Source of the DNA: a virus
Reading direction: 5' to 3' (one strand)
IMG/VR virus record: IMGVR_UViG_3300040758_000047
Span: 1-64,000 of that record
Length of the DNA stretch: 64,000 nucleotides
Part shown: positions 40,493 to 47,658 of the stretch, piece after piece
How positions within the stretch are numbered: position 1 is the stretch's first letter
Layout of the letters: every line of letters starts with the position of its first letter
The notes under the pieces: generated by a model
Told to the model about the DNA's origin: nothing
Database searches by the model: none
What the model saw: only the letters and a program-made list of their open reading frames with translations
Position numbers and translations under genes: made by a program

Positions 40493-40803
40493 TTCTGTTT
40501 CCTTTCAATCCATTCGAAGTCGTCGTTAATGTCCCAGTGCTTTTCATCGGCGCGGCAGAGTTCACGTACTTGTTTTCGCCAAACCTCAATCTTTTCGTTA
40601 AGCTCCTTCAGTTCTTTTTCGGCTTCCTTTTGGTCTATCTGGGCTTGGAGGATTTGATTCCTGTCCGTCATGACACGCTGGAGGGCTACGTAAGCCTTCC
40701 TAGTAAGTTGTAGCACTTCCACTTTTTGCGCGTCCGTCACGGGGGCTGGCTTCTCATCGGAGAATGCCACCAGCGAGGCGAGCAGGAGGATAAGCGTTCT
40801 CAT
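40489..40803 (-). CDS. exported coiled-coil protein
   Basis: Signal MRTLILLLASLVAFS; coiled coil; resembles 33564-33902 in architecture. Confidence 0.65.
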   Translation of the reverse strand: MRTLILLLASLVAFSDEKPAPVTDAQKVEVLQLTRKAYVALQRVMTDRNQILQAQIDQKEAEKELKELNEKIEVWRKQVRELCRADEKHWDINDDFEWIERKQK

Positions 40804-40931
40804 AGGCTATCTAGATGCCTCTTGTGGATACGGCGGCGGTCGGCGTAATTACGTATCGCCCGAGTCCACCGGCCAATCGGCTCTAACGCAATCAAGATCG
40901 CGCAAGCCATAATGACATCTACCTGCCACAT

Positions 40932-41288
40932 TTACGTAAACTCCGTTACCGAGAGAAGGCCACCGATGGCACTACTGACCGCAGCAATCGATCCCTTCCA
41001 GCACGCATCCTGGTAGATTCGGCTACTACCGTCTCCAACGGTTCCGCCAGCAGGGAGTGATATATGAAATGCGCTCGATGTAGGATTTGCCCCTAGCCCG
41101 ATGTAGATCACGGTTGTCCCTAAGTTCTGGAGCATGAAACTCAGTCGGGCTGGGTTGGCTGGTAGGACTGTCGCGGCCCCAAGTCCAACCGTGGTTTGAC
41201 TCGGGGCGCTGGCTGTCGTAGAAATAGGCCCTTGCGTTATCGAAATCCCGTTGAGGGGGTTGACGCGAGGTGCCGGACAATAACCCAT
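40932..41288 (-). CDS. small virion decoration-like protein
   Basis: ANPAR..QNLGTT.IYIG pattern. Confidence 0.6.
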   Translation of the reverse strand: MGYCPAPRVNPLNGISITQGPISTTASAPSQTTVGLGAATVLPANPARLSFMLQNLGTTVIYIGLGANPTSSAFHISLPAGGTVGDGSSRIYQDACWKGSIAAVSSAIGGLLSVTEFT

Positions 41289-41305
41289 ACTGCCCTTCCT
41301 AAGCC

Positions 41306-41319
41306 GTCCAACGTTGGAC
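41306..41319. promoter_or_regulatory. parS-like palindromic site (perfect variant)
   Basis: GTCCAACGTTGGAC, intergenic. Confidence 0.7.
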
Positions 41320-41363
41320 TAATTTAATGGTATTGCCTTGCACAATCACGGTCAAGCAATACC

Positions 41364-41411
41364 AAAAATAACGCCGCGCCCATCGGATCATTGACCCGAC
41401 AGACGCGGCGC
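41364..41411 (-). terminator. intrinsic terminator after the capsid operon
   Basis: Long GC hairpin (CGCCGCG..CGCGGCG) followed by TTATTTTT on the minus strand. Confidence 0.75.
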
Positions 41412-41434
41412 TTTCCCTCTGCCGTGAGAGCCTG

Positions 41435-41893
41435 TTAGATGTATTCAAGCGTGACCGTGACGCCGCCTACCGGAGGCAACGCACCGGGAATTGACCAGCG
41501 CCAGCCGAGGCCGTCACCGACCGCCAATACAGTCAATACGGTCGAGTTGAACAGCGTGCCCTGCTGATAAACGTCCACCGCCGAGAAGTGAGATATGGTG
41601 GAAGCCAACACGTTCGCCGAAGACCCGAGTGGCGTTGAGCCAACCGCGTGAACCAGCATACCGGCGGTCGAACCCAGAACGCTGTGGCGCTCCGTCACCG
41701 CCACCACTTGACACGGCGCATCGGCGGTAAAGATGTGATTGGTGATTGAGGTCTGGTAGGACGATCCAGCCGGGGAGCTTCCCGTCAATTGCCCCTGCCA
41801 TGCGATTGTGTACGAGACCTGCGACGGAGTGACTGGGTTGTATGCTCCAGCCGGGTTGAACTGCGATCCGCTTTGATAAACGTTGGTAATCAT
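41435..41893 (-). CDS. putative capsid decoration protein
   Basis: GAGG RBS; beta-rich; follows the capsid gene. Confidence 0.55.
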   Translation of the reverse strand: MITNVYQSGSQFNPAGAYNPVTPSQVSYTIAWQGQLTGSSPAGSSYQTSITNHIFTADAPCQVVAVTERHSVLGSTAGMLVHAVGSTPLGSSANVLASTISHFSAVDVYQQGTLFNSTVLTVLAVGDGLGWRWSIPGALPPVGGVTVTLEYI

Positions 41894-41912
41894 AATCCTC
41901 TCTTGACCTCCA

Positions 41913-42461
41913 TTAACTGCTCGTCGGGGCCGGGCTTGAGCTAGTACTGGTGCTGGCATCTTCCACTTGCCACTGCGTTCCGTCCGACAGCAGCGTGACT
42001 GCCGATTCGTCCGAGTGGAAGGTGATCGTGGTGTGGGCGTTCCCGAGATTCTGCCCCGACTGGCAGACCACAGTTCCGTTGCCAGCACCCACTCTAGCGA
42101 TCGTGATGGACTTGCCGACGAAAACCGTGGCATCGCACAGCGTTACTGCAAACGCGCTGGTTCCAGTCATGACGACATAATCGTCGGTGGCTCCGTTGAC
42201 GGTGTACGCCGCCGAAACCGAGGTAGGCTTGGACACCCACGCAGCTATCTTCTGCCAAGCCCCGCCAGGGTAGGTCGTGCTGGGAGCGCTCACCAACTTG
42301 TAAATAAGCGGCTGGCCAGCGGAGGCGGACGTGATCCAGATCAGGTCCCCGAGTTTGAGGTTCATCCCGGTCACGTCCGACGAAGCCGTAGGCAGCGTAT
42401 TGGCGTAGAACATCTGCTGTTCGCTGGGAAGATAAGCCGGAGTCGCAATGAAAGACGGCAT
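41913..42461 (-). CDS. putative capsid decoration/fibre protein
   Basis: AGGAGG RBS; YTV..TD..SVTLLSDGTQW motif. Confidence 0.6.
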   Translation of the reverse strand: MPSFIATPAYLPSEQQMFYANTLPTASSDVTGMNLKLGDLIWITSASAGQPLIYKLVSAPSTTYPGGAWQKIAAWVSKPTSVSAAYTVNGATDDYVVMTGTSAFAVTLCDATVFVGKSITIARVGAGNGTVVCQSGQNLGNAHTTITFHSDESAVTLLSDGTQWQVEDASTSTSSSPAPTSS

Positions 42462-42470
42462 GAATCCTCC

Positions 42471-42995
42471 TTAGAGCACGCTCGAATTGAGCACGATGTT
42501 GTTGGCAACGTACTGTGACGGAGTCGTCACACGGAACATGGCGACGTCGATATTCAACACGCCAGCCGTGCAGTGAGCCAAGGTGTCACCTGTTGGCGTA
42601 AAGGTCACCTGGGGGGTGACCGCCGACAACTGACCCATCGGCTGTGCGAACGTCTCCTGGATGGTCGTGTCGGCCACCGCCTGGAACACATTGAACGGCT
42701 GAGTGAAGAAGTTGGTTGTCCCGCCCGACTTCCCTACACTGACCGTCATCCCAGTGAGCGAACCGCCGGTGAACGATGTCGAGTGCTTGACCCGCATGTA
42801 GAGCAGAAAACTGCCCTGCGGGAACGTCATCGCAGTGCTCGTGTTATACGGCGGCCCGCTCAGCGTGTTGTAGAGATTGAACGTGTACGCCACGCCGGAG
42901 CTGGTGCTCGTAGTCTGGAGGTCCAGATAGGTGAACTGGAAACTCCAAAACTGGATTGTGCCGCCGAGATTGCCTGCTAATCCTTGTTGTGTCAT
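42471..42995 (-). CDS. putative capsid cement/decoration protein
   Basis: Immediately after the capsid gene; beta-rich. Confidence 0.6.
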   Translation of the reverse strand: MTQQGLAGNLGGTIQFWSFQFTYLDLQTTSTSSGVAYTFNLYNTLSGPPYNTSTAMTFPQGSFLLYMRVKHSTSFTGGSLTGMTVSVGKSGGTTNFFTQPFNVFQAVADTTIQETFAQPMGQLSAVTPQVTFTPTGDTLAHCTAGVLNIDVAMFRVTTPSQYVANNIVLNSSVL

Positions 42996-43046
42996 TTACA
43001 TGATCCTCACTTCTTTTTCCTCTGCCACGCAACTCATTGAAAACAC

Positions 43047-44516
43047 TCAGAAAAGCGTCGAGGCGAGTTTGAAACAGGTCCGGGGGCTTGGCACCATTAG
43101 ATTTGAGCCGCTAAGGAACTGGCCGCTCACATCGATCGAGTTGTTCACGCCCTTGAATCCGGTAAACCCGAATTGAAACAGGTCTACCTGGGAGAAGTAC
43201 CACTCCACGTAGGCCGTGTTCAATCCGAACATCTTGCCGATCGGCGAGCTACCCGAAGGAAGATACCGCGAAATGACCACATCGGCGGCATTGAACCTGA
43301 AGTTCTGGAATCCCACGTTGGCCAGATCGTTGTCTTTATTCTCATACCGCATTGCAGGCTGCGTGCCCTGCCAGATCAAGTTCCAGCCGTTCTGTGTGAC
43401 CACTATCAGGTCCGGGTGATCCGAGCCCCAACAGGCGTTTCCATAGGCCGTGTTGAGTTGTGCCAAGGTGAACGTGGTCACCGTGGCCTGATAGGCATTC
43501 AGCCCGCCAACGGTGCCAGTCGTCAAACCATTGATATCGGTTCGGTTCTGGCCGCCGACTTGGGAGTAATTTGTTCCGTCGTCGATCCACTCATCAAATC
43601 CGTTCAGGTATTTAGCCCGCGCACCCTGCCCGTTCTGGTACATATTGACGGCCAGGATCTTCGCCATCTTCAATGAGGCGTTGAGGAACTTCATCTCTAC
43701 CTGATTGAAAATCGCCTCTTGGCCATCGTCGTTCATCGCGTCCCATCCGTATAGCGTGATGTTTACCCACGCTACCTTCAGGTCCACCGTGATCGCCGCG
43801 TCGGTCGTAACGAAGTTGATGTCCATCGTTTCGCCCTTGCCCATAAAATCGCCGAGGAGTTCCCCAACAATCACGGGCCTCCTTACGCGGCTGTTGCCCG
43901 CGAATCGTTCTGCTCTCTGCTGACTGAGCCTAGTAAATGCAGGATCTGCACCGTAGATGATCGTTCGTGTTGCGACCGGGTTCGCTATTCCCGGCCTTCT
44001 CACACTTTCATGTGAGACCAGACCATATCATCACCCCGAAGGGTGCCGCGCGCTTCCGAGCACTTGCCCGTACTCCCCGAAGGGATGGCCGTTGAACGTT
44101 CCCATTTCTGGGCTTCGCTGCTGATTACCCCGAAGGGCTTCCCAGCAATTCACGCGGTTTTCGAGGCGGCTTTCACCGCCAAGGGACTATCAGTTAATCC
44201 GTTGTCTTCTCTACGATGTAATCGTACACATCCTTGATGTTGCGACCGGGTTCGCTATTCCCGGCCTTCTGCAAGTTTCCCAGCAGAGCAGATCATCTCA
44301 TCGGCCCGCTTCGGGTCGCCTCGCGCTTCGGGCCGCTTGGCCCTACTCCCTCTCGGGATGATCGTTGAACCTTCCGACTCTCGTCGGCTTGGCTGCTGAT
44401 TGCCTTGCCCGCCAATTCGGGTTTAGGTGTCCCAGCAATTCACGAGGTTTGCATAACCGATCTCTCGGCTAAGGCCCTATGTCTAAGGCGTCCAGCTCCG
44501 TTAGCTGCAAGGCCAT
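43047..44516 (-). CDS. major capsid protein, spliced: join(44516-44486, 44231-44197, 43961-43047), 326 aa
   Basis: AGGAGG RBS then ATG 44516; removing two introns gives in-frame MALQLTELDAYVYDYIVEKTTDIIYGADPAFTRL...; located after scaffold; PDLIVVT and GFQNFRFN motifs. Confidence 0.88.
43962..44196 (-). ncRNA. group I intron 2 (235 nt, ORF-less, IA-like)
   Basis: P AAUUGCUGGGAA, Q AAUCAGCAG, R GUUCAACGGCCA, S GAUAUGGUCU; P1 exon GGAU/GUCC with U-G; P3 CCGCGUG/CGCGCGG; P7.1/7.2; terminal G; P10 UGAU/AUCA. Confidence 0.9.
43968..44270. repeat. 33-bp identical direct repeat (43968-44000 and 44238-44270) at the intron 3' ends
   Basis: TGTTGCGACCGGGTTCGCTATTCCCGGCCTTCT occurs twice. Confidence 0.93.
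44232..44485 (-). ncRNA. group I intron 1 (254 nt, ORF-less, IA-like)
   Basis: P AAUUGCUGGGA, Q AAUCAGCAG, R GUUCAACGAUCA, S GAGAUGAUCU; P1 exon GCCU/GGGC; P3 CCUCGUG/CGCGAGG; terminal G; P10 ACAU/AUGU. Confidence 0.9.
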
Positions 44517-44536
44517 TCTACGTACCTCCTATTTCA

Positions 44537-44565
44537 TTGACATTGAGTAGGGGTTGGCGTACACT
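44537..44565 (+). promoter_or_regulatory. leaderless promoter of the endonuclease gene
   Basis: TTGACA-17-TACACT, 6 nt before ATG 44572. Confidence 0.7.
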
Positions 44566-44571
44566 AAACGT

Positions 44572-45279
44572 ATGGAACAACCCCAGCAAACAAAGATCAG
44601 ACTGAGTACTCGCGTGTACAAGGCCTGTCCTCACTGCGGAGAACAACATTCCGCCAGAGAAATATGGCCGCACCGAAAACGGTGCGAGCTTAACCCTAAG
44701 AACCTGCCGAAGACGATAAAAGAGGCCCCAAAGAAAGGTCCGGGAATGCCTGTGTCTTGCAACTACTGCGGACACAAGACCGTGCAGTTGCTTCTTCAGA
44801 GACATTTCGCAACCTGCCCGAATATCACGATCCTCGAAGGACAGAAGGTCTGTACTATCTGCCAATCCATCCTGTCGATAGATGACTTTTCGGCTCATTG
44901 CAGATCTCCGGGCGGAAGAAGCAACATCTGCAAGAAGTGCGCCTGCGCGAGATCTACGACTTGGTATCACACGCCGAAGAATCACATGTCCCGTAGAGAA
45001 CGTATGGAATACAAACTCTACGGCCTCAGTCCAGAAGGACGAAAGTCCCTTGAGACTGCGCAGAACGGTCTGTGCGCCATTTGCGGTAAGCCGCCCAGCG
45101 GAGGACCGAAGAACGAGAGGCTGGCCGTCGATCACAATCACAATTTCCCCGGCACTCACCGAGCACTCCTTTGCGAGAAGTGCAATACAGGCCTCGGTGG
45201 GTTTTTGGACGACCCGGCCTTGCTCGTCAAGGCAATCGCTTACCTTGCGAGTCACCGAAAGATCGCCGCTGTTTCCTAG
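44572..45279 (+). CDS. endonuclease VII-motif (His-Me finger) free-standing homing endonuclease
   Basis: YGL..Q.GLCAICG..LAVDHNH..RALLCEKCNTGLG..DD..AIAYL; N-terminal zinc fingers. Confidence 0.9.
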   Translation: MEQPQQTKIRLSTRVYKACPHCGEQHSAREIWPHRKRCELNPKNLPKTIKEAPKKGPGMPVSCNYCGHKTVQLLLQRHFATCPNITILEGQKVCTICQSILSIDDFSAHCRSPGGRSNICKKCACARSTTWYHTPKNHMSRRERMEYKLYGLSPEGRKSLETAQNGLCAICGKPPSGGPKNERLAVDHNHNFPGTHRALLCEKCNTGLGGFLDDPALLVKAIAYLASHRKIAAVS

Positions 45280-45302
45280 CCTCATCTTGCCTTTCGGGAG
45301 CG

Positions 45303-46226
45303 CTATACTGCGCTCCCGCTCATTTCCTTCTCTAACTTCTTCTGGACGTACTGCTGCGAGATGATCCCTTTACCTAAAGGCGCTTCAATGGCGTCGCCTT
45401 CCTTGGGCTTCAACCGTTCCAGTTGGCGCCGCTGCAAAGGTCCCAGCTTCCTTCCGCCACCGCCGCCGTCCACAATCGTCGGACTGTGCCCGCTCAACGC
45501 CGCTGCTTGCTTGCGGCCCTCCGCAATGCCTTCTTCGCGAGCCGCCTTCTTCTCCGCTTCACGGGTCGCCGTATCGCGTGCTGCGAACTTATCCTTGTAG
45601 AAGTCGTTGTAGGCTTCGTCTGGGTCGATGTTCGCCATCGATGTTTTCTTAGCTTCGGCCAACTTCTTCATGTGCTCGAAGACGGCGGGCGCATCCAAGG
45701 CCTCTCCGAAGGTCTTCTCGTGCGCCCCGAATTTCGGCGTCAATTTCTGGTAGACCTCCTGGAAGCGATTGCCCCAACCGTTGATAGTCGAGTTCAGTTC
45801 GGGGCGGATTTCCTTGTCCCGAAATTCCGTCAGCTTCGAGGTCAGCGTGTTCACATCCACCACGCCCTTCGCGGTCAGCGATTCATCGATCAACTTCTTT
45901 ACGTCTTCGGCGGTCATATCAAGTTCTCCACGCGCCCGCAACTTCTCCACCTCTGCGGTGGCTTCGGCTAGTGATGTCCGAACGCGGCTGTGTTCTTGTT
46001 CCCACATAGGCCAATCTGTTTCCTTGAAGTGCCGCCATTTCTCCAACTCCTCGACTACCGGAGGCAGAGTTTCGTATTGAAGTGCTTTGACCCTGGGAAG
46101 TAATGGTTCCACTTGCTCCCCAAGTTCGGCATATCGTTTCACGGCAGGATACTTCTCGGAGATGGCCTTGAGACTGTTGCGTTCGCCGTCATCGGCGATC
46201 GCGGCTAATAGGTTCTCAAAGGGCAT
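45303..46226 (-). CDS. capsid scaffolding protein
   Basis: Charged, helical 307 aa between portal and capsid genes. Confidence 0.65.
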   Translation of the reverse strand: MPFENLLAAIADDGERNSLKAISEKYPAVKRYAELGEQVEPLLPRVKALQYETLPPVVEELEKWRHFKETDWPMWEQEHSRVRTSLAEATAEVEKLRARGELDMTAEDVKKLIDESLTAKGVVDVNTLTSKLTEFRDKEIRPELNSTINGWGNRFQEVYQKLTPKFGAHEKTFGEALDAPAVFEHMKKLAEAKKTSMANIDPDEAYNDFYKDKFAARDTATREAEKKAAREEGIAEGRKQAAALSGHSPTIVDGGGGGRKLGPLQRRQLERLKPKEGDAIEAPLGKGIISQQYVQKKLEKEMSGSAV

Positions 46227-46238
46227 CTTTATTCTCTC

Positions 46239-46607
46239 TTACATCACCGGACTGGGAGGTCCGGCTGATGGGTTAGACGGCGGTTGCGGCGGCACTACCG
46301 GGCTACCCTTGGCCATTCCGCTCCGCTGTGCTTTCTTCTGGATCTCTTCGGCGAGTTTCATGCCCGCTTCGGCGATCGGTTTGAACAGTGGAACCAATGA
46401 GGGGTCGAAGGATTCCAATAGGGTTTTCGTCTCACCCACCCACTGGTCGAGCTTTTGAATCTGCCCCATCACCTGTTGCACGACCTGCATCCCATCCTGG
46501 GGCTGATTGACGCCTTGCGCTGAGAATACCGATTGCTGCTGCTCTGGAGGGGCCTGCTGTTGCTGGATAATGTCAGGAGGCAGCGGAGGTGTGGTGCCCG
46601 TGGCCAT
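46239..46607 (-). CDS. hypothetical P/Q-rich head-module protein
   Basis: Translationally coupled ORF. Confidence 0.65.
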   Translation of the reverse strand: MATGTTPPLPPDIIQQQQAPPEQQQSVFSAQGVNQPQDGMQVVQQVMGQIQKLDQWVGETKTLLESFDPSLVPLFKPIAEAGMKLAEEIQKKAQRSGMAKGSPVVPPQPPSNPSAGPPSPVM

Positions 46608-46916
46608 TTACGCCTTCTTGGTCCGATTCTTCCCTTCGAACGAGTGCTGCATAGTTGTCTCGCTCATCCCGTCCTTGTCGTATGGGCTGCTTGCCTTCCT
46701 CGACAAATTGACAAGCGTGGCCCCGTCGTGCGAGTGCTCGCCATGACTCTGCCTATCGCCGAAGGCGGCGACTGGATTCGGTTTACGGCTGAGGGAAACC
46801 TGGGTTGCCGTGATATGGGCGTTCGGTTTGGGACCGCCTCGATCCGGCATATCTTTCGGGCCTTGGGCTAACTTCTCCTTGCTCGAAGTTGCGTGAAAGT
46901 TTTGAGGGTATTTCAT
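46608..46916 (-). CDS. hypothetical basic protein
   Basis: GGAG RBS. Confidence 0.6.
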   Translation of the reverse strand: MKYPQNFHATSSKEKLAQGPKDMPDRGGPKPNAHITATQVSLSRKPNPVAAFGDRQSHGEHSHDGATLVNLSRKASSPYDKDGMSETTMQHSFEGKNRTKKA

Positions 46917-46919
46917 AGA

Positions 46920-46982
46920 CTATCTCCGGTACACGCGCTTGTTACGGCGCGATGCCTTCTTCCTGCCCTTCTTTCTGGCCAT
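46920..46982 (-). CDS. basic micro-protein MARKKGRKKASRRNKRVYRR
   Basis: 20-aa ORF ending 4 nt before the next start. Confidence 0.55.
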   Translation of the reverse strand: MARKKGRKKASRRNKRVYRR

Positions 46983-47074
46983 AAATTTTTTCCGTGGTCA
47001 TGCTGGAATAAAGGGTGGCCTATTTTCTTGACTTAGGCACGCCACCGGGCCACCCCAGCGGGAGGCGTGTTGGG

Positions 47075-47119
47075 TTACTTGCGACCGTGCTTGCGGCCTT
47101 TCTTTCCCCGACGTGCCAT
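47075..47119 (-). CDS. basic micro-protein MARRGKKGRKHGRK
   Basis: 14-aa ORF with strong GGGAGG RBS. Confidence 0.6.
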   Translation of the reverse strand: MARRGKKGRKHGRK

Positions 47120-47248
47120 GGTGGGCCTCCCTTCGTAAAAGTCCTCAAACGGAACCTGAGGCTGTAATAAACGTACTACAAGTCAATGAAAGGGGATGCT
47201 TCCCAACGTGTCTAGACAGTTGCTCACTTTCTGGCTATTCTTGGATCA

Positions 47249-47488
47249 GTGGCTACCCCTAAAGACTTGAAACTATGGACTTCCGAGATTCCTCACTTCC
47301 CATTCGTAGACCCTAATCTTGAGTACATCGGAACTAGCAAACTGAGGCTTCTAAATGCTAAGGCGCTGCGCCAACTAAGACGACCAATAGTTGTTCAGGA
47401 CCAGATCACCAACAAGCCATTGGTAGTGATCGTCAAGTACGAGCACTACCTCCAGGTTCAAAGGATTCTCTTGGAGGGATACGAGTGA
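47249..47488 (+). CDS. Phd/YefM-like antitoxin or regulator (solo)
   Basis: IGTSKLR..PIVV..KPLVVIVKYEHY pattern; own promoter TAGACA-17-TATTCT at 47213-47241. Confidence 0.55.
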   Translation: MATPKDLKLWTSEIPHFPFVDPNLEYIGTSKLRLLNAKALRQLRRPIVVQDQITNKPLVVIVKYEHYLQVQRILLEGYE

Positions 47489-47496
47489 TGGCGGTA

Positions 47497-47510
47497 GTCC
47501 CACGTGGGAC
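47497..47510. promoter_or_regulatory. parS-like palindromic site (perfect)
   Basis: (A)GTCCCACGTGGGAC(T). Confidence 0.75.
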
Positions 47511-47658
47511 TCAACTCAGCGATAGTTCGAGCATCGTGCCACCGCGCTCTCCGTTCGGATGCTTCCACTGACCAAGATCGCGTACCACAACCATGTACCC
47601 CCAACCCCCTCTTTGTACGTGAAGGTAGAGAGACATCAAGGTGAACGGGGTCCAGGCG

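Noticed and set aside
43962-44003. ORF-track start of the capsid gene (MRRPGIANPVATRT)
   Set aside because: These codons are the intron 2 P9 region and have no RBS; the supported start is 44516
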